64,000 nt of DNA from Callorhinchus milii (lineage: Eukaryota): NCBI RefSeq assembly GCF_018977255.1, contig NW_024704743.1, positions 104,410,001 through 104,474,000 on the forward strand, read 5' to 3'. The notes beneath the pieces were generated by a model. The model saw nothing but the letters and a program-made list of their open reading frames with translations, did not search any database and was not told the DNA's origin. Made by a program: the position numbers and the translations under genes. Shown one piece after another: positions 25,141-36,920 of this stretch (position 1 is its first letter; every line of letters begins with the position of its first letter).

Positions 25141-26390
25141 GAGAAATGCGTCCTTATAAACTGCTGAAGTTTCAACTTATTCTCGATCTGGGTTCGCCTC
25201 TTGTGACATGATATACATCTGCACTAAGCGCTCATGAAAGGCCTCAGGGGTCTCATCTTTCTTCTGTACCGCATTACCGTATTCGCGGGATGCATCCCAG
25301 GTAGTTCCCATCCCTAGCGCTCTTTGCACAATAACTAGAAAGTCGTCGGAATCAACTATATGGTCAAAAGAAGTGCCAGGGATCTTTGTTTTCAAGCTGG
25401 TACAAAGGGCGGTAATTAATACCATTTTAATGTCCTCGTCTTCTAATTCGTGATGGCATGCGATTAGTAATTTAACTCTATGGACCAAATCTAACGGACA
25501 AGTGCGCTCTGTAATCCATCCCAACTCCTTAGCTAATACAGTGCTCTCGTCGGATGACAAACATTTACTCTTGTAATGCACCCCAGGTGCCTGACCTTTA
25601 GCCCTGGCGCTACGTGCTGCTCGAGTTAGGGAGATGATGTTAGCCTGTGCTTCTGGATAGTCCTGGGGCCCATCTTCTGTATAAGGTAGTTCTGCTGGGG
25701 GCCATTGGGTGTTTATATCGTTCCCCGTGACTGCACAAACTACCGCCTGTTTATTCCGCAATTTAATTTGGAGGTTGATTATCTCCGCCTGGCACTGATG
25801 GTGATCTGCTGTTTGAGATTCAACCTTATTAAAATGTTCCCGTAGTGCCCCCCGAGCATCTTCTAGTGCGTTATTCATTCGGTCAATTTCTGCCCACGCT
25901 TGTTCCAATAGTTCTTGCCTTTCCTTATGCTTTTTCTTATCAGCGATTGCAATGTTAACTGTTCCTAATTGACCATTTACCAAACACCCCAAGTTGCAGA
26001 CTTTTTCCTCAAGTTGTTGGATTTGTCTACCGTTCTCATCTCTTTTCTGTTACAATTCCACCTTTCTGTTGGTAGATTCTTGTTGGAGCACGACATTTTC
26101 AGTTCTGACCTTTTTTAATTCATCTTTCAATTTTTCCGTAACCTGAGCCCTTACCCAGAATATATGTTTGATAAATGTACTACACTTGTGCACTCCTGTT
26201 TTCAGTTTCCTTTGCATAATCTTTTCCTCTAGCCAATCTGTTTGAAGTATGTCTGCCTCGATGTCGGGATTAGATCTAAACACGGCAGCATCTTGCCCAG
26301 CCTTCGAGCAGATTTTCCGCTTATATTTGTCAAACCATTGTTTAAACCCGTCCCTGAGTTTCTGTTCCTTTTCCTTTTTTTTTAACTCTT
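25141..26390 (-). pseudogene. gag: gag (long N-terminal coiled coil plus capsid with MHR), truncated
   Basis: One frame with stops at 26050 and 25177; KLKDELKKVRTENVVLQQE...QIQQLEEK...ELLEQAWAEIDRMNNALEDAR heptads; MHR-like QKKDETPEAFHERL. Confidence 0.8.
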
Positions 26391-26401
26391 ACCTGATACC
26401 C

Positions 26402-26952
26402 GCGCCAGGCTTCGTGACCACATCACTCCCACCCTCGCCCGCCTCCACTGGCTTCCCATCCCCCAGAGGATCGAATTCAAGATCCTCATCCTCACCTACC
26501 AGGCCATTCACGGCCTTGCTCTCTCCTACCTCTCCGACCTACTATTCCCCTACTTACCTGCCCGTACCCTCCGTTCCTCTGGCTCCGGTCTGCTCCACAT
26601 CCCCTGACCCAACCGCCCTATCATCGGTGGCCGGGCCTTCAGCCTCTCAGCCCCTAGGCTCTGGAACTCTATTCCCCAGTGCCTTCGCCTCGCTTCCTCC
26701 CTTTCCTCCTTCAAGGCCGGTTTCAAGATCTTTCTCTGTGACTGTGCCTTCAGCTCCCCTCTCGACTCTCTATCCCCTCCTTGCCCCCTCCCTTCCCTCC
26801 CCTCACCCTGACCATTTCCCCCCTCCTCGCTCCCTCCCTTCCCTCCCCTCACCCTGACCATTTCCCCCCAACTGTCCAGCGCTTTGGGACGTCCTCCCGA
26901 CGTGAAAGGCGCTCTATAAATGGAATCTTGTTGTTGTTGTTGTTGTTGTTAT
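26402..26952 (+). mobile_element. L2 LINE 3' end inserted in the ERV leader/gag start, with 8-bp TSD
   Basis: Encodes DHITPTLARLHWLPIPQRIEFKIL; (TTG)n tail; TGATACCC at 26394-26401 and 26953-26960; internal tandem duplication of the CT-rich 3' UTR. Confidence 0.92.
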
Positions 26953-27192
26953 TGATACCCCTGTTTACAGCTCCCAATCCTTTCAACTCTATTCCTAAGG
27001 TCCCTTCAGGATGAACTATTTTACACGTGGTATGGCTATAAGTATCTTTTTAAACTCTTACCCGATACCCCCGTTTACGGCTCACAATCCTTTCACCTCT
27101 ATTCCTAAAGTCCCTTCTAGATGAGCTATTTTGTACACGTGGTATGGCTGTAAGTATCTCAGACGGTATTCCTTTGTATATGTCTGTCGTTA

Positions 27193-27202
27193 GCTCACCA
27201 TT
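27193..27202 (-). promoter_or_regulatory. Candidate major splice donor of the ERV
   Basis: Minus strand AATG|GTGAGC about 35 nt downstream of the PBS. Confidence 0.5.
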
Positions 27203-27234
27203 TTATTTCATGTACAACATTCACCATTTATTGG

Positions 27235-27252
27235 GTCCCTTTGTGGTCGCCA
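27235..27252 (-). promoter_or_regulatory. Primer binding site, tRNA-Arg(UCG)
   Basis: Minus strand TGGCGACCACAAAGGGAC, 3 nt after ...CCCAACA; complementary (1 mismatch) to the vertebrate tRNA-Arg-TCG 3' end GTCCCTTCGTGGTCGCCA, recalled from memory. Confidence 0.8.
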
Positions 27253-27255
27253 ATT

Positions 27256-27656
27256 TGTTGGGATATACTGATCCCGAGAGTTCAAATGATGACCCAACAA
27301 TCCTCAAAGAGGTATGGTGTTTATTGATACAAGAATTAAAGAAAGATAGACAAGACAAAAACAATTAAAACATATTACCCCAATTCTAGTAGCTGCTGCG
27401 GACGATTCTCAAGTTGTTAGAAGCTCGAGTCTGGGCACTTCCCTCCTGTTCAGCTCTTCTTGGTTCCAACCCTCTTACACTCACAAGACGCCAGTTATAC
27501 TCTTCCTACCTTGACCCCTGAATAGATAACATTTCTCCAGACCTCAGCAACCCCTTTGTCCTGTCCCAGGTGATCAGTTGCCAACAGGACAAAGGTTACT
27601 ACTAATCTTGTTAGTTTCTGGTTCTAACCTGATCGGGTTATGTTATATACACAACG
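27256..27656 (-). repeat. 5' LTR-like segment (~400 bp)
   Basis: Minus strand ends TATATCCCAACA before the PBS; AATAAA at 27320-27325; TATAA-like motif near 27496; starts CGTTGTGTATA. Confidence 0.7.
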
Positions 27657-28016
27657 TTTCCGTCACCACATTGTTGGAGGCTTTTAACATGCAATACCTG
27701 CCCTTTCACCTCCTCCCATACCACTGCCCCAGGCTCCAAACACAGTTTTCAAGTGAGACAGTGATTTACGTGTACTACCACCAATGTAGTTTACTGCTTT
27801 CCCTGCTCACGATATGTTCTCTTCTGTATTGGGGAGACGAAACGCAGATTGGGTGACCGATTTGCCGAACACCTCCATTCTGTCCGCAAGCACAACCCTG
27901 AGCTTCCAGTTTCTTGCCACTTCAACTCTCCCTCCCACTCGCACTCTGACCTCTCCATCCACCGTCTCCTACACAGTTCCAATGAGTCACAGAACAAACT
28001 CGAGGAGCAGCATCTC
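27657..28016 (+). mobile_element. Penelope-like element GIY-YIG endonuclease fragment
   Basis: Reads FTCTTTNVVYCFPCSRYVLFCIGETKRRLGDRFAEHLHSVRKHNPELPVSCHFNSPSHS. Confidence 0.85.
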
Positions 28017-28099
28017 GAGTGTGAATATTGGTATCAAAATCCCAAATGTGATCTCTGGTGATCAGAGGCTGGGGCGGGGCACTCGTGACTGAGATACAT

Positions 28100-28625
28100 G
28101 CAAATTCGCCATTTGCTTCATGGCCTTTTGTGAAACATGTTATTACTGTGTGCAAATTGGCTGCTCGTTCACCTACAAATACACAGTGAGATTTCACAGT
28201 AAAAATCTCCCAAATCAACCTATCTGCTCCCTCCGTTCAGCAGGCTCCGGCCTACTCTATGTCTCCCAACCAACCCACCTTACCATCGAGGGCCAGGCTT
28301 TCAGCCTCTTTGTCCCCACCCTTTGGAACTCCATCCGACAATCCCTTTGCCTTGCTTGCTCCTTGCCTCCTTCAAGGCATGACTCAAGACCCTCCTCTTC
28401 GACCATACCTTCAGCCGCCCTCCTACCTCTCTGCCCTCCCTCACCCCAAACCTGCCCACCCCCACGCTTGGGTCCTGATCCCTGACTGTTCAGCACTTTG
28501 GGACATCCTCCTGATGTGAAAGGTGTTTTACAAATGTAATGTTGTTGTAAAAACTTGTGAAATGCTTTGAGATGTCTCAACGATGTGATAATTTGTTGTA
28601 TCAAATGCAAGGATTACTATTATTT
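28100..28625 (+). mobile_element. Old SINE interrupted by a diverged L2 3' fragment (28205-28545)
   Basis: Deu core, then SLRSAGSGLL...GQAFSLFVPTLWNS, then the SINE tail. Confidence 0.65.
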
Positions 28626-29049
28626 AATTAGAGAACATATTTGCATTCCTTGTCCTAATTAAGATAAGGAACTGGTTAAAGAACACTCTTCCAGCCCCTC
28701 CGCCAAAACAACAACAACTTACATTTATATAGCGCTCCCATGTCTCGGAGTGCTTTATCAGTGGATCGGTTGAGCCCAATGTGGGCATTACATAAATACA
28801 AGCTGTTGTCCAATAGTGTTGCCATTCTTGTTCCAATTGCAGATACCAGCAATTTAGTGCTGCTTCATTGAATACTCATGCGATGTGGTTTGATTCAATT
28901 GGTATCCTGTGAAGCATCACTGAAGCAGAAAGGCTCTAATGGTGAGAGGTTTAACCTACCACCATTACAGAAGAATCAAATATCAGATGAGAAGCTTTAT
29001 CTAGGATTATGTCAGCAGCATGAGAGGTTCTTGAGCTGTTTGTATATGC

Positions 29050-29340
29050 AGCACTCATACATTTTCAGTGTACACATGCAGACATGCACTTGCAGGCACG
29101 CACATGAGCACACAACATACTCAGATATACACAGTGTACGCATGCGCATACACACAGTGTCCACACGCACACATACAGATACACACAATGTATACACATG
29201 GTGCACACACACAAATATACACTCATACAGATACATACAGTACACACATACCGATACACCCAATGTGTGTGCACACACGTACACACAGAGCATGTGTGCA
29301 CAGACAGAGATATACACAAACATGCAAATCCACGCAGTGC
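29050..29340. repeat. CA/TA-rich low-complexity tract
   Basis: Degenerate (CA)n/(CATA)n; source of spurious His/Thr and Cys/Val ORFs. Confidence 0.85.
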
Positions 29341-30129
29341 ATGTCAATGCTACTGCAAAATGTAGTGACTGTGTGCTTTATGGGGGGAATCCAGACCCCA
29401 AATTATCCACAGCAATGTCCCACAAACAGCCTTGACGTAAACAACAACATTTATTGGAAGATTTTTGGCCAGGATAACAGGAGAAACTCCCTTCTCTTTT
29501 TGAATAATGTCATGCAATATTTAACATCCACTTGAACAAACATAAACACACAGTGCGTACACACACACATACAATGTCTCGTCTGAAGGTCGGAATTACA
29601 TGATTTTTTTTGCCTCAACATTGTTTCATGCTGTTTATAAATTGTTTCATGTAACTTCTCCCAAAGAAGTTCATTGGAAAACTCCTTTGCTCATTATTTG
29701 GCTGCACGTCTAATTACCCTGTACAAGATTTGTGTGTTGTTACTAATCACTACAGTAATAAAGTACAACAAATTAAAAATATATTTTTATTCCCTTAAAC
29801 AAACAATGATGTGTTTTGTTTTGCATACTTTCTATAGGGAATATCTAATGTAAAACAGGGTAATTAATCCCTTCAAAAAAAGATTATATTAAAAAAAGGT
29901 CACTCAATCTGCGACTGTTTATGGGACATTGTTGTGCGCAATTGGCTGCTGAGTTTTATCCACAAAATATACAGTCAATTAACTTCATAGTATATTCTGT
30001 GAAGTGCTTTGAGATGTCTCGAAGACATGATAAGGTGCTATGTCAAATGCAAGGATTATTATTTTTATTATTAAATTGGCAAATACAAATATGCTTTGCA
30101 ATAGAATCCCAAACACTAAACATTTTAAA

Positions 30130-30250
30130 CAAAAACAGAAGTCGCTGGGAACACTCAGCAGGTCAGGCAGCATCTATGGAGAAAGGAAAGTGAGTCAACG
30201 TTTCAGGACACATTGACATTCAGGATTCCAGCATCTGCAGTATTTTGCAG
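30130..30250 (-). mobile_element. Penelope-associated terminal repeat remnant
   Basis: Minus strand GAAACGTTGACTC...AGATGCTGCCTGACCTGCTGAGT resembles the abundant chondrichthyan Penelope-terminal repeat (from memory). Confidence 0.5.
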
Positions 30251-31881
30251 TTTGTCTAAACATTTAAAAGTCAATCACCATCAGAAAGAGAAAACTAGAT
30301 TAGTTTCAGACATAAACTGCCATGTAAATAAAATCTGGTTAAATTGTAAAGTGCACATGTTTAGTTAGAATTGAAACATGTATTTCATGACAGGTTAGCA
30401 AGAGAGTTGTAAGTCAACATTAGCAGGAGTTGTACAGCTTGAATCAAGTATATTCCGGTATTTTTTTTGAAGAGGACAATTTAAAAGATGAAAGATACCT
30501 TTATGTAACTGACAACTACACATCGATTATTGAACATTCAGTAGCTTGTTTAAGTGCTCTGAGACACTACCCTGCATGGAGTGCGCTTTGTAAGGTCAGG
30601 TTGTTGTTGTTGGTTTACCAAATGACCTTTAGAGGGATCTAATTTCCTTCACTGTTAGAATTTTTATTGACCCCTAGGAATTCTGCTCCAGAATTAGATC
30701 CCATCCGAGTAAAGTTTCTGCGAGGTGGAGTGATGTACAAATACAAGTATTTATTATATTCTGTGAAGCGCTTGGGGCCATCCTTCCAACATGAAAGCTC
30801 CTATACCCCATGCAAGGATTATTATTATTATTTGTATACATCTGTTTACTGAAAGGAATCCTCATTTTACGACTTTGTAAGGAATTCCGTTAAAACATAC
30901 CACAAGTTGTTTATAGATGTAAATCTATATTTTTTAATTTATTTTGTCCTCTGTTGACGCATTTGCTAAAAATCAATGTGTGGGTGAAACTGAGCCTCAG
31001 AAGGTCCCAGATTTAATCCCTGTTCTGTGCTGAAACTATCTCCTTTCAGCGTTGTGAACTAATGAGTTAAATCAGTATTATGTGCATCGGTGCATCTCAG
31101 CCTTAAAATAAAGCAGAGCATCAAGCAGGTGTGACCTACAAATATGACTTTGCTCAATTCTTGAAGGTTTTTTTTAAGTTTTGGACCCTAGATTTGGGCC
31201 TTTCAATATCGCTTTACATAATAAGTACTCAAAGGAATCAGGAGCACCTGAATGAATGTTCCTGGAATTCAAAATAGCGGCTTTAAATGCGAATTTAAGA
31301 TAGTGGCTCATAATTTGTTCAATCCGGTTTGAGCACTCCAATTTTTCAGAAGCTGTAGTTATTTTACCATATTTCACCTTTATCCTTAAATTGTGACTCC
31401 ATTGCTTTTAAATATGCATTAGTACACCCTAGAGCAGGATTGAGTTATACTTAATATTGCTCAGTTATGAACATCTATGAATGGAAATGGATCATAATTC
31501 CCATGGAGTAATTTCAGATTACCATCAAATAGATGGTGTGGCAAGTTTTGAAGAGTATTTAGCATAGTGTGTTTGGATCCAGGGAAGAATGAGCTCAAGA
31601 AGAATGACCATGTTGATAAACTATAGGACAGGAAAGATTGCAACAGAGAGAAAGATAGCTTCCACTATAATTGTGCATATATCTTTCTCATATCTCTTCT
31701 CTAAAAGCAATTCTTCTCTAAAAACATCACACATTGTATCAAGGTGAGAGGCTTCTACCATTGAAATTAACAGGATGCACTTAGTGAAAGAGTGGCACAG
31801 TATTCCAAAACAAGGTGATACATGTGGAGCTGGCCATTTCCCTTAAAAATAATAATCCTTGCATTTGATATAGCGCTTTTC

Positions 31882-33026
31882 ATGTCTCAAAGATGCAATA
31901 AATCGCTATATCAAATGCAAGGATGATTATTATTATCATTTTATAATAAATAATAAATAAATCACCCTTTTCCAGATGTCTCAAAGCGCTTCACAGAATA
32001 TACCGTAAAGTGAATTGACTGTATATTTGTGGATGAAACGTGGCAGCCAATTGCGCAGAGCAGTGTCCCACAAACAGTCATGGATTAGTGACCAAATCGT
32101 TATTGTTTTTTTCTCGAGGGATTATTATCAGGCCTGTGGAGTAAGGAAACTTGCCCAAGGCTTTGCCCTGCTGGGAATAAAACCAAGATCTCTCGCTTGC
32201 GAGGCGAGTGCTCTAACCACTGAGCTACAGAACTCCACTACAGTATCCTCTCAGCACACTGTACCTGTACATTGTAGTGACACACACTGCAACTCCTCTC
32301 AGCACACTATCTATACACCTTCCACCTACACATACACTCATTGCAAAGTTCCCTTTGTACACTATATCTACACACACAGCAGCCTCTCATCAGCATGCAG
32401 TACCTATACACCCTGTATCTACACATTGCAGCCTCACCTGAGCACACTGCACCAACCTAATCTCCAGCCTCCACAATCTCCAGCCTCCTGTCAGCACACT
32501 GCACCCACACATGCTGCATCTATAAAACAACCTGCTCAACAAAATGCGATCAAATCTTCAGGGCATGGAACTACACAATCTTTGCCTACACTCAGAAAGT
32601 TGACCCTTACCTTCCTATTCCACTTCAATTCTTTCTGATCTGAATAGGAATGAAATGAAAGAGATGGTCATCACCATTATTTTGGCACTCTAACTTTAGG
32701 CAATAATAATAATAATAATCCTTGCATTTGATATAGCGCTTTTCACGTCGGAAGGACGTCCCAAAGCGCTTCACAGAACACACACACTGTAAAGTGAATT
32801 GACTGTATATTTATGGGCGAACGCGGCAGCCAATTGTGCACAGCAATGTCCCACAAACAGTCATGGATTGAAAATGACCAATTTATTATTGTTTTGTTTT
32901 TTTAGAGGGATTATTATTAGAGGTGTGGAGTAAGGAAACTTGCCCAAGGTTTCGCCCTGCCTGGAATTGAACTCAGGTCTCTCACTTGCAAAGCGAGTGC
33001 TCTAACCACTGAGCTACAGGACTCCA
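31882..33026. repeat. Inverted segmental duplication, left arm (SINE - CA-rich unique - SINE)
   Basis: Reverse complement of 36921-38064; the ORF track shows near-identical 207-aa frames at 32015+ and 37931-. Confidence 0.95.
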
Positions 33027-33488
33027 CTACAGGACCCAGCTACAGGTACATAGCTGGGTGTTTGACAAATTACAATAAGTCTACTGGTACGTGGAAGGAG
33101 GTTTCTCTCAGTGTCTATGAATAAACAAATTGGTCATGTACTTCACTGCTATCTGTGGTACTTTACTATGCACAAATTGACTGTCACATTTGCCTACAAA
33201 TACAGAGTTACTACAGTTTTGATGCATTTAGACACAAGACTCTGTACTAAAAACAAGGATCATTTATTTATTAATCAATTTCACTCCGTGTAATTCCTCA
33301 CTATTTAAAACTGTTAAAAGTCCAGAAGCTCTTCTGTAATCTGAATTGAATTTCATCACTTTACTTCTTTTGAGACTACAATTCAATTCAGATTGCATTT
33401 GCATCATAAAGTTAGCATAATGACAATTTTGCTAAACTATTTTTCATCAAGAATTTCACAGATGGACATCTGCTGCTTCTATCTCCTT

Positions 33489-33933
33489 TCGAATTCAAGA
33501 TCCTCATCCTCACCTACAAGGCCATTCATGGCCTTGCTCCCTCCTACCTCTCTGACCTACTATCCCCTACATAACTGCCCGTACCCTCCGTTCCTCTGGC
33601 TCCGGTCTGCTCCACATCCCCCGCCCCAACCGCCCTACCATCGGTGGCCGGGCCTTCAGCCTCTCAGCCCCTAGGCTCTGGAACTCTATCACCCAGTGCC
33701 TTCGCCTTGCTTCCTCCCTTTCCTCCTTCAAGGCCGGTCTCAAGACCTTTCTCTTTGACTGTGCCTTCAGCTCCCCTCTCGACTCTCTACCCCCTCCTCG
33801 CTCCCTCCCTTCCCTCCCTCACCCTGACCATTTCCCCACTGCTCGGGTCCTGACCCAACTGTACAGCGCATTGGGACGTTCTCCCGACGTGAAAGATGCT
33901 CTATAAATGGAATCTTGTTGTTGTTGTTGTTGT
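33489..33933 (+). mobile_element. L2 3' end (subfamily A)
   Basis: Same sequence and 5' start (TCGAATTCAAGATCC) as the 6303 copy. Confidence 0.9.
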
Positions 33934-35299
33934 TTCATTAACTTCCCCAGGCAAAATCTACTGTGCAACTGGTGCATTAACCAGTTCTGTGCCTAGCCCT
34001 ACTGTTTTAAAATAGATGTGGATTGTTATAACAACATAATAATCCTGACGTCTTCGAGCGTTTCAGAATATACTGCAAAGTGAATTGACTGTCAATTGCA
34101 CACAGCAGTGCCCCACAAACAGCTGTGAATATTGACCAAATTATTATTAAATTTTTCCAAGATACCAAACACTACGATCTTCACAGATTTTAGTTCCATT
34201 GACCTATGGTATAAGATTCTACAATTAGGAATTAAGAATTTCTAGTTCCTGCTAATTGCAATTTAACTACCCTTTTAAGCTCTGTAAGCACATTAAAGTT
34301 ATCTTTTTAGGATATCGAGGCATTATAATTCAGAAGGAGTCTGTGGAGTAAAAAAATCGGCAGATCTAAATGGAATACATTTTGGATCTGTGTAACATGA
34401 AGAATAGAAAGTTCCATTTGTTGGGTCTTAAGGTCATTTTTTAAAAAATGGAACTTTGCATACACCATACATGAAAAATTTGGGAGTAAGTAATGATTTT
34501 CCCCCGAATAGCCTCTAGAAAATACTGTCGCTACAATTTACAATTTCTCAAGCAAGTTATTCACAGATAATAACAACAACTGGCACTTATATCTTGCCTT
34601 TCATGTGGCGTAGCGTCCCAGAGATGTATATAAGCATGAATTAAAGACTAACTATGAAATAATTGTGACTCCATCATCACATTGCAGGTGATCTTTTCTG
34701 CTATGTATCAGGCAGTTTCCAATGGATGTGAAACTGAATAGTTTGTGCAAAAGCATATCAGACTGTGTTGTCACCAGTACTGAAAGAGCAAGGAGCAAAA
34801 TAAGACAGTTTGGACTGTTATTCCCATGGCTGTGGTAGGACATGGTTTGATTGACTGACAGAGAGTCATTATTACCAGGCTCTACAGAGTGAAGGCTGGT
34901 GAATTACAAGACAGTTATCCTGTGGGTATTCTGTCACAAGGGATACGACTGAAGCTTCTGCTTTTAAATATTGGTGAAATGCAATACTACACCACAAAGA
35001 CTGTCTGTTTCTTTTGTTGACAATGTCAAGATTAGTTACAATTTCACTTTTCATGGTAACCCTTCATGCTCCCAGTGCTGAATATTCCTTTCTGTCTTTT
35101 GAACATATGCTCTTGTTATCTATTGCAGAACAATTACCTGCATGAATGATTCTCGATTGATTTCCGATGCTGAATACAATAAATGTAAGGCGGAATTTAA
35201 TGATGAATGCTGGGACTGTATCTCAAGAAGGCAATGCAGAGTGGATAATTTTAACATGGAAATAGCTGTAATATGGTACCATCATAGTGTGGAGTGTAG

Positions 35300-35950
35300 A
35301 ATAAGAATTCAGGAACAGGAGGAAGCCATTCAGCCTGTCAAGCCAGTTCCACCAGTTTATTAAATCTTGTCAAATCTTTTAATTCCTATGCCCCACCCTT
35401 CTGTCATACCCCTTAATAGCTCTACCACCAAGTGTCTGTCCATCTCTTAGTTATAAATGTGGAACACATTTTACTATGTGGTATCATGTTAATGCTTGGT
35501 ACAACCATGAGATTATTTGTTAACCATACAATGGTAGAAGGTTATAGCACTAAAACAAGCAATTCAGACCATCAAATCCACACTGGTGTTTTGTCCCCAG
35601 AAGTCAGCTCATCTAAATCCACTCTCTCTAACTCACTTAAATACTTATTGTTTTTCACACATCTACCGAATTCCCTAAGGACTCAACTTCATTTTCAGTT
35701 TCTGATAAGGAATTCCATATTCTAACCATCCACTCTGTTTATAAAAAAGTTTTAAGCCCTCTTTAATATTTTGTGATGACCTTAAATTGTACTCTCTTCT
35801 TACTGACACATCAACCAGTGAAAGCAATGTGTTATTATTTACCTTGTCATCATAACTCTTCATAATCTTGAAGATCTCTATCAGGTCAATGCTTAACCTT
35901 CTCAATAGAATCAACAAGAGCTTTAAATAAACTGACCCATGAATTATCAT
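35300..35950 (-). mobile_element. CR1 fragments (old)
   Basis: RRLSIDLIEIFKIMKSYD on the minus strand; CR1 3' UTR-like AGGAGGAAGCCATTCAGCC at about 35320. Confidence 0.65.
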
Positions 35951-36049
35951 TTCATTGCTTTACAAAAATGGAGTGTTTGCAAAAGGAGACAATAATAATC
36001 AATGACTGGTTTTGCGGAGGAACAGTTCCTACGTAGATACATTTTTGTG

Positions 36050-36340
36050 TCAGCCTGGCTCAGATAGTAGCACTTTTGCCTCTAATTCAGAAGATTGTGG
36101 GTTCAAACCTCACATTGGGACTTGGAACACATGTAGTCTCGGCTGACACTCCATTGTAGTTCTGGAGTTCCCGACCTTTGGATGAGTCATTAAACCAAGA
36201 TCCCATCTGCTTGTTCAGGTGGACATGAAAGATCCCATTGCACTATTCGAAAAGGAAAGTTTCTCCAAGCGTTCTCATTTGGTTCATGGCTGTTTTGTTG
36301 GACATTGCGATGCACAAATTACCTGCCATATTCATCCACA
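36050..36340 (+). mobile_element. Older Deu-type tRNA SINE
   Basis: GGCTCAGATAGTAGCAC...CAGAAGATTGTGGGTTCAAA...CAGGTGGACATGAAAGATCCC. Confidence 0.75.
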
Positions 36341-36920
36341 AAAGGGAGAGGGCAAAGTAGTTGAAGGTTCACCCATTGATGGAAATTACTACCCAGAACT
36401 GGAGAGCATTTGAAGCCAAGTGCTATGAGTGATGTCGCCCAATAGATATTTTTTTTAATCAGGAAATTGTTAATTCCTGAATCAGCATAGACGGTAGAGA
36501 AAGACAGTCCTTGGTCTCAAAGAGAAAAATGACAAAGCTACAAGCTGAATTTCATAAGATCAAGGCCAGAAACAATGAGAACAAAGTACTATGCCAGAAG
36601 TGTTTGCTAGAAAACAAATTACATTTACTATCTTTAAAAAAGGATGTGCTACTCTTTAATGTAATGATTTTGAACTGAGCACAATGCAATAATACCTTAA
36701 ACATGGTAAATCACCAATTGTTGTAAACTGCGGAAATAGTCTCATCTCAGAAATATATGGGTGTAATGAAACGTGGCAGTGATAATAGAAATTTATCACC
36801 AGGGATTGGTAACGTAAGAATTTCATTTATTATGAATGTAATTATTTAAGAAAAGGGATAGTTATGCAGATTTGAGAAAATGAGAATTAGGAGAGGTTTC
36901 ACATCAGTTGAGGTAACTTA

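Larger units (their letters stand above)
21230..27656 (-). mobile_element. Degraded endogenous retrovirus-like element (lokiretrovirus-like), PR/RT deleted
   Basis: Minus-strand order: LTR-like segment, PBS, gag, RNase H remnant, integrase, splice acceptor, env, PPT, TGTTG-starting segment. Confidence 0.9.

Noticed and set aside
28878..29535. Several 84-185 aa His/Thr- or Cys/Val-rich ORFs
   Set aside because: Artefacts of stop-poor CA/TG low-complexity sequence.
32015..32638. 207-aa ORF present twice (also 37308-37931 minus)
   Set aside because: Made of antisense SINE plus CA-rich low-complexity DNA; the two copies result from the inverted duplication, not a gene family.
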